From the NCBI GenBank assembly GCA_048938025.1, contig JBHLMP010000011.1:25277-80893 (forward strand): a DNA stretch of 55,617 nucleotides, given 5' to 3'. Source of the stretch: Promethearchaeota archaeon. GTDB lineage: Archaea > Asgardarchaeota > Lokiarchaeia > Sigyniarchaeales > SOKP01. Of the stretch, positions 38,499-48,723 are shown piece by piece. The notes beneath the pieces are model-generated. The model did not search any database. It was not told the DNA's origin and saw only the letters and a program-made list of their open reading frames with translations. Made by a program: the position numbers and the translations under genes. Each line of letters begins with the position of its first letter. Position 1 is the stretch's first letter.

Positions 38499-38686
38499 TT
38501 ATAAGGAATATTTTTAAATATTTACCTATATAATTCTCATTACTATTAAATAAGTTATTCTTAAAAATAAAATAATACTGAGGTATTTTTATATGAATAA
38601 TGGAGTTTTTACCTTTCTTGTCGGTGGGAAAGTGGGAGAAGGTGTAAAAAAAAGCTGGCTCAGTAGCAGCACATATTTTTTCAAGT
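38499..38686 (+). pseudogene. korA 5' remnant #1 with upstream promoter motif
   Basis: ATG 38593: MNNGVFTFLVGGKVGEGVKK/(extra A)AGSVAAHIFSS vs intact MEKNIFTFIIGGKAGEGVKKAGSVAAHIFSS; TTATAAGnnATAnnTTTAAAT motif at 38499. Confidence 0.88.
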
Positions 38687-38708
38687 ATATCTCGTTCCCG
38701 AGATATAC
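38685..38708. repeat. Perfect 10-bp inverted repeat at the korA'/proX' junction
   Basis: GTATATCTCG-ttcc-CGAGATATAC. Confidence 0.85.
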
Positions 38709-38856
38709 CCACAATGTACTCTTGCTTCTGGCACAGTGAACACTGCTGGATGAGTGTGTAAGATGTATTGAATATTATGATCCGCTAACCATTGCTTTAA
38801 TGATTCTTCCATTTTCCTTACATTAAAATAAAAACATATCTGCATTATAAGGTTTA
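38694..38856 (-). pseudogene. proX 5' remnant with promoter
   Basis: Diverged copy of 37621-37783; encodes MEESLKQWLADHNIQYILHTHPAVFTVPEARVHCGYISGT (32/40 aa identical by hand count), then truncated. Confidence 0.9.
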
Positions 38857-38973
38857 TTCTACGTAATTGGTATTTTAGGATCTATAAATTCATAATAATA
38901 AAAATTTTTAAATTAATCCCCTTTTATTTCATAAATTTTAAAACTATTAATCTATTTGTAATTTGTTTAGATA

Positions 38974-40191
38974 ATGGCAAGCACTACTGAAAAGTCAAAA
39001 TTTCTTCAACAATTTGTAATATTGATGACAATCTTTATTGATGCTACTGGATATGCAATGGTAATACCTCTTCTTTCTTTTTATACTGTTTCATTTAATC
39101 TAGGAGCTTTTGGTTTAGGTATTCTAATGAATGTGTTTGCTTTAATGCAATTTATATTTTCTCCTATAATGGGACGATTGTCAGATAAATATGGTCGGCG
39201 ATTACTTCTCTTAATCTCAATTTCATTATCTAGTGCAAGTTTTTTTATGTTTACTATTGCAACTTCATATTATATCCTTCTAATTTCACGTATGTTCTCT
39301 GGTATGGCGACAGAAATATCAATCGCTCAAGCTTATATGGCAGATATTACTATTAACCAGAAAAGGACATCTGGTTTAGGCAAGGTAAGGGCTGCTTTTT
39401 CTGCTGGAGTTGTTGTGGGACCTTCTATTGGAGGATTCCTAAGTGTATTTGGCTATTGGGCTCCAGGAGTTATAGCTATAGGATTAACCTTATTAAACTT
39501 GATTTTTGTTTATTTTTTCCTTCCAGAACCTAAAAGAATTAGCATTTCTAATAATATTTTTAAAAGTTCTAGCTTCTTAACCAATTTAAAAAATTCTTTG
39601 AAAAAACCATTATTACCATCATTACTGGTTGTATTCTTTATTATGACATTATCTTTTGCTGCGATTCCTGTATTAATGCCTTTTTTAACGTTTGCATTTT
39701 TTAATTTTAATGAGATCCAATTATCTTTTGTTTTCATCTATATTGGAGCTCTACAACTAATAATGCAAGGATTCTTAATCGGAAAATTATCTGAGAAGAT
39801 GGGAGAGGGATTATTAATTATATTTGGTTTACTTTCTGTTCTTATTGGTATGTTAATCATGCCAACTATCCCCAATCTTATTTTATTCTTTACTTTGGTC
39901 GCAATGCTATCATTAGGATCAGGACTTGTAAGAACTGCAATTCCAAGTATCATTTCAAAAATCTCTAGTGAAGACGAACAAGGTGGATTTTTAGGAGTCA
40001 CTCAATCTGTGGCTAGTTTTGCTTTAATTCCAGGTCCCTTATTTGCTGGTTTTTTCTATGAATATTTTGGATTAAGTACACCATTTTATTTTAGTGCGAT
40101 TTTGTTACTTATTGCTTTTTTAATGAGTATCAACTTATATTTAAGATTAAGAAAAAGGATAAATGAAGAAGCATTTGTAAAGTTTCCTTAA
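38974..40191 (+). CDS. MFS transporter (TetA/DHA1-like)
   Basis: GRLSDKYGRR motif A, AQAYMADIT, GPSIGG; about 12 TM. Confidence 0.93.
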   Translation: MASTTEKSKFLQQFVILMTIFIDATGYAMVIPLLSFYTVSFNLGAFGLGILMNVFALMQFIFSPIMGRLSDKYGRRLLLLISISLSSASFFMFTIATSYYILLISRMFSGMATEISIAQAYMADITINQKRTSGLGKVRAAFSAGVVVGPSIGGFLSVFGYWAPGVIAIGLTLLNLIFVYFFLPEPKRISISNNIFKSSSFLTNLKNSLKKPLLPSLLVVFFIMTLSFAAIPVLMPFLTFAFFNFNEIQLSFVFIYIGALQLIMQGFLIGKLSEKMGEGLLIIFGLLSVLIGMLIMPTIPNLILFFTLVAMLSLGSGLVRTAIPSIISKISSEDEQGGFLGVTQSVASFALIPGPLFAGFFYEYFGLSTPFYFSAILLLIAFLMSINLYLRLRKRINEEAFVKFP

Positions 40192-40207
40192 AGAGCGCTT
40201 TTAAAAC

Positions 40208-40523
40208 TTATAAGACATATTTTTAAATAATTTATATAATATTTTACTTTATCTTGTTAATAAATCACAATTAATAAATGAATTTAATATGAAAAATGAT
40301 ATTTTTACTTTTCTTGTAGGCGGTTAATTGTAAATTTTGATAAAAGAAGCTGTGAAACTCATATTAATGATATTGATGAAGGAGACATTGTAATTTTTAA
40401 TTCAGATGAGCAAGAGGATGTGAAAGGGATTGGAGTACCATTAAGCTCGATAGCTAAAAAATATCCACTTAAAAGCTTAATGTATGGTGTTGGAGCTGTG
40501 GCTGTCTTATCTTCTGTAATTGG
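40208..40523 (+). pseudogene. korA 5' remnant #2 with internal deletion
   Basis: ATG 40289 MKNDIFTFLVGG joined to sequence matching korA ~43545-43743 (about 175 nt deleted); same upstream TTATAAG motif at 40208. Confidence 0.9.
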
Positions 40524-40636
40524 AAATTTTTTATATGAATTCTTAGGTCCTAATTTAATTTGAAATCATGAAATAAGATGCAATGAATTATTTTATGGTT
40601 CAACAAAATTCCCTTTTTTTATAGTACTTATATAAT

Positions 40637-41146
40637 TTAGAGATTAAAATAAAACACTGTTGGAAAAAACCCAATTATAAAAGACCCAAGATTAGCTAAT
40701 AAAGTATACATAAATATTTTTATTGAATTTGTTGTTCGTACAATTTCAAGAACAATTTTGAAAATATATAGAAATAGGAAGAACTCCAACATTATTGGTA
40801 TTAATTCAATTAAAATGTAAAAGAAAATCCAGTATTGAGGCACAATGAATACAGCAATCCATAATGCTAACAACTGTGTAGTTGGAAAAGTGAAAAGATT
40901 TACAGCTGCCACAGATCTAAACAGATCTTTCCTATTTTCGATTTTATGTTTTGTTAACGCAGATAATATGCAATATTCTAGTACTATATTAATATTTAAT
41001 ATAAAAAATAGGATTATAACGAGTTCTTCGAAATTCATTGTAATGTCATATAATATGGTTCCATCTGCATTTACGAAAGGAATTATAATAATGAATATAA
41101 TTAAAATAAACGATGCATAAACCATGGCTTTTAATAATTTCATCAA
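40637..41146 (-). CDS. Hypothetical membrane protein
   Basis: Multi-TM; NLFTFP / ELIPIMLE / ANLGSF pattern. Confidence 0.7.
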   Translation of the reverse strand: MMKLLKAMVYASFILIIFIIIIPFVNADGTILYDITMNFEELVIILFFILNINIVLEYCILSALTKHKIENRKDLFRSVAAVNLFTFPTTQLLALWIAVFIVPQYWIFFYILIELIPIMLEFFLFLYIFKIVLEIVRTTNSIKIFMYTLLANLGSFIIGFFPTVFYFNL

Positions 41147-41317
41147 GACTAAAAGGGAAAAGCATATTTATAAATGTTTGGTAATATTGTAATTAATTTT
41201 GAAGAAATTGAATCATATAATATCAAAATGAATGATTTAAAATTAAATATAAACTAATTCTTTCAAACATTTTACATGTTTAATATTTTTTATATTCTTG
41301 ATATTTTTAGCTATTGG

Positions 41318-43078
41318 TTAATAATCGATATAGACCGGATATAAGTCTAGTCTCTCAATGGCATTGGGAACCCAACCTTTAACATAATTCTGATAGACAT
41401 CATAATTTTTGCCTGTCGCGATCCAAACATGGAAGTAGAGTTCTTCCACTAATTTCCTTTGAATCTCATTATAAATCATTTGTCTGGTAGTTATATCGAT
41501 TGTTAGCTCGCCTTCAAGCATTAATTGCTCTAATTCATAATCATAAGTATTGACCCAAAATTCTGATCTGTTACTATATAATGGAGTGACATAATTTTCC
41601 GGATCGATATAATCAGGAACCCTTCCTAGCATATACATCGGAATCATGTCTCTTCTCAAGCTTCCTATATTATTTTCCATACAAGTAATAACATCCCAGA
41701 ATGGGACTTGTATTACCGGGACATTCATTCCTAGGTATCTTAGATTCTCTGAAATATGGAATGCGAAATCTCTATGGGTTATTTCTTCCGTTTGGGCTGT
41801 AATATTCCATCCAAATCCCCATCCTCCAACATCTGCTACAGCAAGCCATTCAACGTCCGCAGTAAAGGTTGTTCCATATCCCATGGATTGCATTATCGAC
41901 TGGGCGTATGTACGGTTGAGCAATGGATAATTGAACGAAAAATTTGACATTGGAATCCCTTCTGGGATTGGAGATTTCAGTCTGTAACCTTCACTTGCCA
42001 TAACTACATCGATTAAATATGAATAATTAATCGCATACGAGATTGCTTTCCTGAAGGTGGTATTAACCATATAACCATTGAACCCAAGATACTCAGTATT
42101 TACAGTAGGTCCTGCTTCTAAGAGGGTTATGTCAGGATCAGCTTCGAATATCTCTAAGAATTCTGCTTCTGGTTCATCATACAAGTCAATATCACCATTT
42201 AATATCGCTGTATTCAAGGCAATATCATCTTCAATAATCCAGAAAGTTAATTCTTCAATTTTTGGACTTAAATATTTAGGCGTCTGCCAATAATCAAGAT
42301 TAGCAGAAAATTTCACTTCAACATCTGTAGTATAATAATCGAGCATAAAAGGACCGGTTCCAATTAATTTGTCATCATCAGCATATGTTAGGTAGTCAAG
42401 TTCTTTCCCTTGGGCTTTTGCAGACGTAGGTGAATGAAAAAAACAAGAATGAAAAGCTAACTGATTAATAAAAGACGCCTTAGGAAAATTCATCTTAATT
42501 CTTACAATATAAGTGTCTTCTACTATTGTTTCATTAATAACAGGGATACCTCCTTGGTCAAATAGTAGATATACTTTGGTTACTTGGGTTGTTGTTGGAA
42601 GTGATACATTAAATGGAGAAGGTAAATATTGGTTGCCTGAATAGTTCATGAAATACATCAATCTATCAAAATTCCACTTAACGGTTGCTGCATTGAAATT
42701 AGTACCGTCTTGGAACTTAACTCCTTGTCTAAGAGGGATCACTAATTCAGGTTTATCAGGAGTACCTTCTACTGTTGGAAGAGTTGTTGATAGTACCGGA
42801 AGTAAGGGAGATCCAGGATTTGTTACATCGAATTTATATAAACCTTCACAAATTTGGGAAATTACATCTTCACTATTGTTATCATAACATAGATGTGGAT
42901 CCATATCTATAGGACCTGCTTTTGTTGCAAAGATAAATGATCTAAGTCGAGGAGGGGCGTATGTTCTAATTTCATAAGGAGGTATAATAATCAATAAAAA
43001 TACAAAGAGTACCACGTTTAAAATTATTGATACCCAAAATATAGTTCCAATTGGTTCTCTTTCTTTAAATTTCGCCAT
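41318..43078 (-). CDS. ABC transporter substrate-binding protein, family 5 (orphan)
   Basis: N-terminal TM; DMDPH, LRQGVKFQDG, VKWNFDR, IGTGPF, FRKAISYAIN. Confidence 0.9.
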   Translation of the reverse strand: MAKFKEREPIGTIFWVSIILNVVLFVFLLIIIPPYEIRTYAPPRLRSFIFATKAGPIDMDPHLCYDNNSEDVISQICEGLYKFDVTNPGSPLLPVLSTTLPTVEGTPDKPELVIPLRQGVKFQDGTNFNAATVKWNFDRLMYFMNYSGNQYLPSPFNVSLPTTTQVTKVYLLFDQGGIPVINETIVEDTYIVRIKMNFPKASFINQLAFHSCFFHSPTSAKAQGKELDYLTYADDDKLIGTGPFMLDYYTTDVEVKFSANLDYWQTPKYLSPKIEELTFWIIEDDIALNTAILNGDIDLYDEPEAEFLEIFEADPDITLLEAGPTVNTEYLGFNGYMVNTTFRKAISYAINYSYLIDVVMASEGYRLKSPIPEGIPMSNFSFNYPLLNRTYAQSIMQSMGYGTTFTADVEWLAVADVGGWGFGWNITAQTEEITHRDFAFHISENLRYLGMNVPVIQVPFWDVITCMENNIGSLRRDMIPMYMLGRVPDYIDPENYVTPLYSNRSEFWVNTYDYELEQLMLEGELTIDITTRQMIYNEIQRKLVEELYFHVWIATGKNYDVYQNYVKGWVPNAIERLDLYPVYIDY

Positions 43079-43333
43079 AGATACAAAGAATATAAATTAA
43101 ATAAAAATTAAAATTTTATAATTAATATTACCACATTTAATTTTAAAAAAAATTTCATTTTAGAGTAAATGTGTAGGCAAATTGTGACACTTTTAACATT
43201 ATCAAGATTAAAAATTTTTTAGGATTGAATTGAAATTTTATAAGCCATACATTTAAATTATTTTAGGAAAGTTTACTTCTTAACAAAAAAAATTGGATGT
43301 TTTTAACCAATTTGAAGGAAGGTTAACTATTTC

Positions 43334-44989
43334 ATGGAAAAAAATATTTTTACTTTTATTATAGGTGGAAAAGCAGGAGAAGGTGTAAAGAAAGCTGGTT
43401 CAGTAGCAGCTCACATTTTTTCTAGCTTGGGAAGACGAGTTTTTCAAATGGATGACTATATGAGTTTAATTAGAGGAGGTCATAATTTCTCAGTTGTTAG
43501 TACTTCTCAAAAATGGATAAGTAGCCATTATATGAAAGCTGATTTAATTGTAAATTTTGATAAAAGAAGCTGTGAAACTCATATTAATGATATTGATGAA
43601 GGAGGCATCGTAATTTTTAATTCAGATGAGCAAGAGGATGCGAAAGGGATTGGAATACCATTAAGTTCTATAGCTAAAAAATATCCTCTTAAAAGCTTAA
43701 TGTATGGAGTAGGGGCTGTCGCGGTTTTAGCTTCTGTTATAGGCATTAAAAAAGAAGAAATGAATCAAATCATAAAAACTGAATATCCAAGTGGTATTAA
43801 GGATAATATCTCTTTTGCAAGTGAAATATATGATATCATAAATCCTAAATTGGGAAATAAATTTCCTTTAGAAAGAGGAGATTATAAGAGACCAATCATA
43901 ACAGGTAATGAAGCAATAAGTTTGGGTGCTATTGCTGGTGGTTTAGATACTTATTATGGATATCCTATGACTCCAGCCTCATCAATTTTACATTTTTTAG
44001 CTGACCAAGCAGAAAATTTTGGTTTAGCAGTTGTTCATGCTGAAAGTGAAATTGCTGTGATAAATATGGCTATTGGTTCTGCATTTACAGGGGCAAAATC
44101 TATGGTTGGCACAAGTGGAGGGGGCTTTTCTCTTATGACAGAAGGTTTTTCTTTAGCAGGTATGACAGAAACTCCCTTATTAGTTATTCTTTCTCAAAGA
44201 CCTGGACCTGCAACTGGTGTACCTACTTATACAGAGCAAGCAGATTTAAACTTTGCTTTATCAGCTGGTCATGGAGATTTCCTGCGAATTGTAGCATCTC
44301 CAGGGACCATAGAAGAAGCATACTACTTAACAGCAGAGATGCTAGACCTTGTGTGGAAATTTCAAACACCAGGAATTTTGCTTACTGAAAAACATTTATC
44401 AGAAAGTAGTATAACTGTGGATCTTGAAATTGAAAAGGCTAAATGGGCTGAACCTAGAAGGTTTCAAGATGGAGAATATAAGAGATATCTTGATACGGAA
44501 GATGGAATTTCTCCTATGTTATTTCCTCCGCTAAAAGAAGTTATAAAATGGAACAGTTATGAACACGATGAATTTGGAATTACAACTGAAAATGCTAATA
44601 TGATTGAAAAGATGCATGATAAAAGAAAAAAGAAAATTATAGTAATTCAAGACTATTTGAAAAACTTAAATACTGTCAATATTTATGGAAATGGGGAACC
44701 AATAATATTCACTTATGGATCTACTACAATGAGTGTTTTAGAAGCACTTAAATATGGTAATATTGAAGCAACTGTAGTTCAACCAATATATTTAAGGCCT
44801 CTACCTATTTGGAATCTAAAAGATTATACAGATAAAGAAAATATAGTTGTAGAAATGAGTTCAACGGGTCAGTTTGCTACATTGCTTAGAGAAAAAGTAG
44901 GTATCTCTCCTAAAGCAGAGTTAAAGCAATATAACGGAAGACCATTTGATCCTATTGACTTATCTAATAAAATAAAAGAGGTGCTTTAA
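43334..44989 (+). CDS. korA: 2-oxoacid:ferredoxin oxidoreductase alpha subunit (gamma-alpha fusion)
   Basis: GGKAGEG, IRGGHN, YPMTPAS, ESEIA, TSGGG, QRPGPATG. Confidence 0.93.
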   Translation: MEKNIFTFIIGGKAGEGVKKAGSVAAHIFSSLGRRVFQMDDYMSLIRGGHNFSVVSTSQKWISSHYMKADLIVNFDKRSCETHINDIDEGGIVIFNSDEQEDAKGIGIPLSSIAKKYPLKSLMYGVGAVAVLASVIGIKKEEMNQIIKTEYPSGIKDNISFASEIYDIINPKLGNKFPLERGDYKRPIITGNEAISLGAIAGGLDTYYGYPMTPASSILHFLADQAENFGLAVVHAESEIAVINMAIGSAFTGAKSMVGTSGGGFSLMTEGFSLAGMTETPLLVILSQRPGPATGVPTYTEQADLNFALSAGHGDFLRIVASPGTIEEAYYLTAEMLDLVWKFQTPGILLTEKHLSESSITVDLEIEKAKWAEPRRFQDGEYKRYLDTEDGISPMLFPPLKEVIKWNSYEHDEFGITTENANMIEKMHDKRKKKIIVIQDYLKNLNTVNIYGNGEPIIFTYGSTTMSVLEALKYGNIEATVVQPIYLRPLPIWNLKDYTDKENIVVEMSSTGQFATLLREKVGISPKAELKQYNGRPFDPIDLSNKIKEVL

Positions 44990-44993
44990 TAAA

Positions 44994-45833
44994 GTGGATA
45001 ATCTTAAAACTAATGCTGAAATTACTTGGTGTCCAGGATGTGGTAATTTTGGGATATTTACAGCAATTAGGAATGCTATTCCAATGTTAGAAGATAGAGG
45101 AATTTCAAGAGAAAAGATTATAATGACAGCTGGGATTGGATGCCATGCAAAGATATTCGATTATTTAAATATAAGTGGTTTTTATGGGCTACATGGGAGA
45201 AATACTTCAAATTCTGAAGGGATTAAAATTGCAAATCCAGATCTCAAAATAATTAACTTTTCTGGAGATGCAAATGGATTAGCGGAAGGATTAGCACATA
45301 CAATGTTCGCAGCTAAAAGAAATCAAGATATGACCTATATTTTACATAATAATAGCGTATATGCTTTAACAACTGGTCAATTTTCACCTTTAGCAGAAAA
45401 AGGTTGGAAAGGACCCTCTACCCCCAAAGGAAGCTACGAAGAACCATTTAATCCAATATCTTTATTGGTTGAGGCAGGTGCTACATTTGTTGCAAGAGGT
45501 TTTGCTGGAGATGTAAAACATCTCACCGACCTAATAGTACAAGGAATTGAGCATGAAGGCTTTTCCTTTATAGAGGTACTACAACCTGCCGTTCCGTACC
45601 ATAACTGGAAAGAATATAGAGAGCAGGTTGAATATCTTGAGAAAGTGCCAGAAAATTATTTTGAAGCTATAAAAACTGCAAAAGAAAAACATAAATTTAC
45701 AATAGGGGTATTTTATAGGACTGTTAGACCAGTTTATCATAATGAGTTATATGGAGATCATAACCCTATAAATAACAGACTATTTAGAGATATACGATTA
45801 GATAAAATTCGGAAAATTCTTGAATCTAAATAA
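44994..45833 (+). CDS. korB: 2-oxoacid:ferredoxin oxidoreductase beta subunit
   Basis: WCPGCG, GIGC, LHGR, SGD...NNSVYALTTGQ TPP motif. Confidence 0.93.
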   Translation: MDNLKTNAEITWCPGCGNFGIFTAIRNAIPMLEDRGISREKIIMTAGIGCHAKIFDYLNISGFYGLHGRNTSNSEGIKIANPDLKIINFSGDANGLAEGLAHTMFAAKRNQDMTYILHNNSVYALTTGQFSPLAEKGWKGPSTPKGSYEEPFNPISLLVEAGATFVARGFAGDVKHLTDLIVQGIEHEGFSFIEVLQPAVPYHNWKEYREQVEYLEKVPENYFEAIKTAKEKHKFTIGVFYRTVRPVYHNELYGDHNPINNRLFRDIRLDKIRKILESK

Positions 45834-45958
45834 TGGATAATCATTTCATTAGAGAATAAAAGTTATAATTACAATACTCTTTTTTATTTTTGTTTTGTAA
45901 GTGTGATAATTTTTATATAAGAAAAAGTCATATTCATTTCATTAAGGGTGATGTAAAA

Positions 45959-47386
45959 TTGAACAATAGTGAAATTATATCAGAATTGGAAAAAACAGTT
46001 GGAGAGAGATATATCTCAGATCGACCTGAGTTAACATATCTCTATCATTATGACTTTATTACAGCTGAACCAGAAGGTAGGTGTGATATTGTGATTATTC
46101 CTGGTTCTGCTGAAGAAGTGCAAGAAATTGTCAAGATTGCAAATAAGTATAAAATTCCTCTTGTACCTTGGGTTTCTGGGATAAATTTTGGCTCTATAGC
46201 AACCCCGAGAAAAGGAGGAATTGTAGTCGATTTGAGAAGGTTAAATCAGGTACTTGAAGTGAATGAAGATGATATGTATGCGGTTGTCGAAGGTGGAATA
46301 ACATGGGCAGATTTACAAGGGTATCTGGAAAAGAACCATCCAGATCTGAGAGCGGGAATAACATGGTCACCTCCTGGAACAGGTGTTATTCCTTCATGCT
46401 TATGCTATGGTATGTATGATCTTGGTATGATTGGCGGTTCTGGTGCTGAGTTTATAAACGGTTTAGAAGTTGTACTAGGGTCGGGCGAATTAGTGAAAGT
46501 TGGTTCATGTAGCCTCTCTAATTATTGGTATGGAAGGCAACCTTTACCAGATTTAGCAGGACTTTTTATTGGATGGGAAGGCACTACCGGCATAGTAACT
46601 AAAGCATCTATAAAATTATGGCCAAAATTACCTTTCAGGGAAGATTATACTGGAATTGGTTTGACAATTGATAATTCATATCCTACTCTACTCAAACTTT
46701 CAAAAGCGGGCTTGGGAATTTGTGATATTCTATTTGTAAATTTTGGATGGGGTCAATCAATTCAAGAATTGTATGAAAAAGATGCTGTTATGGATGCCGT
46801 TAAAGAAAATATGCCTGACTTTATTTCACTTATAACAACCCAAGCTTATACTGAAAAACAGCATGAAGCGCAATGTGAAGCTATTAAAAATATTTGTAAG
46901 GAAGGAAAAGTAAGATTATTATCTGCTTCAGAAGGTGCAGAAGCAGTAACACCTCCTCCCGTACAATACTGGAATTTTTGGAATTTTACAAGAGGCGGTG
47001 GCGGACAATGGATTGGTAGTTATTGTTCTATTCGAGATGTTGTAAAATACTATAATATATCCAGAAAAATATGTCTTAAATATGGAAAACCACCTCAGTT
47101 TTATAGCCGAATATTGTTTGGTGGTCATTATGTAGTTGCAAGGAGTAATGTGAATTTCAATAAAAATGATCCTGAAGATATAGAAATTGCCAGAAAAATA
47201 TTAAAAGAAATTCATGATGAAGTTCAAAAGTTAGATGGGGTTGTTATGTATAAACCCCCTCTATGGGCAGTAAAATATTACAAAGATAAAACTCTTCCAG
47301 CAACCACCAAGCTTATCAATAGCATTAAAAAACTAGTAGATCCAAATAATATAATGAATCCTGGTCAAGGAATTGGAGATGATTAG
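45959..47386 (+). CDS. FAD-binding oxidoreductase (GlcD / D-lactate dehydrogenase-like, VAO family)
   Basis: PGSAEEVQEIV, VDLRRLN, GWEGTTGIVTK, DPNNIMNPG; start probably TTG 45959. Confidence 0.88.
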   Translation: MNNSEIISELEKTVGERYISDRPELTYLYHYDFITAEPEGRCDIVIIPGSAEEVQEIVKIANKYKIPLVPWVSGINFGSIATPRKGGIVVDLRRLNQVLEVNEDDMYAVVEGGITWADLQGYLEKNHPDLRAGITWSPPGTGVIPSCLCYGMYDLGMIGGSGAEFINGLEVVLGSGELVKVGSCSLSNYWYGRQPLPDLAGLFIGWEGTTGIVTKASIKLWPKLPFREDYTGIGLTIDNSYPTLLKLSKAGLGICDILFVNFGWGQSIQELYEKDAVMDAVKENMPDFISLITTQAYTEKQHEAQCEAIKNICKEGKVRLLSASEGAEAVTPPPVQYWNFWNFTRGGGGQWIGSYCSIRDVVKYYNISRKICLKYGKPPQFYSRILFGGHYVVARSNVNFNKNDPEDIEIARKILKEIHDEVQKLDGVVMYKPPLWAVKYYKDKTLPATTKLINSIKKLVDPNNIMNPGQGIGDD

Positions 47387-47387
47387 T

Positions 47388-48641
47388 ATGGCAAAAAAGA
47401 AAAGAGAGAAAAGGATGAAATATATAACTGGACAAGGTATCTCAAAAGCACGATTAGCATATGAAATTCATGATCTTAAAAGATACCAGAGATTAGAAGA
47501 TTATAAAGATGTGTTTTATCAATGTGGTAAATGTGGTACTTGTAGAACCGTTTATAAGGATGCATATTGGTCTCGCGTTTGTCCTTCTGGAGAATTTGGA
47601 AAGTTTGAAGCATATTATCTCGGTGGAAAAAATCTTTTAGCATGGGCATTAACGTCTGGAAAATTAAATTGGACTAACGAGATTGCTGAGATTTTTTATC
47701 AATGTTCAGTTTGCATGGCATGTATTCAACAGTGTCAAATACCAGAAATTCATAGTTTTGCTGGTGAATGGTTAATGGCTATGAGAGAAGAAGCTGTCAA
47801 ATTGGGGTACGGACCTATGCCTGAACAAAATCGATATACTGAACATATAATGAAAGAGAAAAATCCTTACATGGAAAAACATGAAGATCGACTAAAATGG
47901 CTACCATCTCATATTAAGATGTCTCCTGATGCAAAATTAGCTTACTTTGTTGGTTGTACATCAAGTTATAGAGAACAAAATGTTGCTATTGCTACAGCAG
48001 AGATATTAAATGCTTTAAATGTTGATTTTAAAATTCTTAAAGATGAAGGATGTTGTGGATCACCTGTTTATATGACAGGTCAAGTAGAAAAAGCTAAAGA
48101 TTTAGCTGAAAAAAACATTAACTATTTTAAAGACGCTGGAATCGAAAGTATTATAACATCTTGTGCTGGATGTTATCGAACTTGGAAAGACACTTATCCC
48201 AATAAATTCGGCTTAGTTCATGGAATAAACGTTAAACATTTACCTGAATTTATACGAAATAAATTAAAAAATGGTGAATTGAAATTTATCAAAGAATTGA
48301 ACATGAAAGTTACATACCATGATCCTTGTCATATAGGACGTCATATGGGAATTTATAAAGCGCCTAGGGATGTATTAGAAAAAATACCTGGTGTTGAATT
48401 AGTAGAAATGATACGAAATAGACATAATGCATGGTGTTGCGGCTCAGGAGGAGGTGTGAGGTCAGCATTTAAAGATTTATCAGCTTTTGCAGCAAAAGAA
48501 AGGATAAAGGAAGCAAAAGAAACAACTGCTGAAGCTATCATTTCTTGCTGTCCTTTCTGTCTAAATCAATTTAAAAACAACATTGAGAATAATGATATTC
48601 AAGCGTTTGACCTCTCAGAATTGATAAAGAAAGCAATATAA
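47388..48641 (+). CDS. Fe-S oxidoreductase with CCG domains (GlcF/HdrD-like)
   Basis: CGKCGTC, CSVCMAC, CCG x2, YHDPCHIGR, CPFC; start probably MAKK 47388. Confidence 0.9.
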   Translation: MAKKKREKRMKYITGQGISKARLAYEIHDLKRYQRLEDYKDVFYQCGKCGTCRTVYKDAYWSRVCPSGEFGKFEAYYLGGKNLLAWALTSGKLNWTNEIAEIFYQCSVCMACIQQCQIPEIHSFAGEWLMAMREEAVKLGYGPMPEQNRYTEHIMKEKNPYMEKHEDRLKWLPSHIKMSPDAKLAYFVGCTSSYREQNVAIATAEILNALNVDFKILKDEGCCGSPVYMTGQVEKAKDLAEKNINYFKDAGIESIITSCAGCYRTWKDTYPNKFGLVHGINVKHLPEFIRNKLKNGELKFIKELNMKVTYHDPCHIGRHMGIYKAPRDVLEKIPGVELVEMIRNRHNAWCCGSGGGVRSAFKDLSAFAAKERIKEAKETTAEAIISCCPFCLNQFKNNIENNDIQAFDLSELIKKAI

Positions 48642-48723
48642 TAAATTTAAATATTTTTTTCGTAATTATTCTTAAATCATTTAAAGCCTTTAATCCTAAT
48701 TTTTTTAAAAAGAAGAACTAAAA

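Noticed and set aside
38488-38712. 74-aa minus-strand ORF
   Set aside because: It is the antisense reading of the korA remnant and junction, not a gene.
40521-40560. GNFLYEFLGPN-like stretch after korA remnant #2, reminiscent of an MFS C-terminus
   Set aside because: Too short to distinguish from chance.
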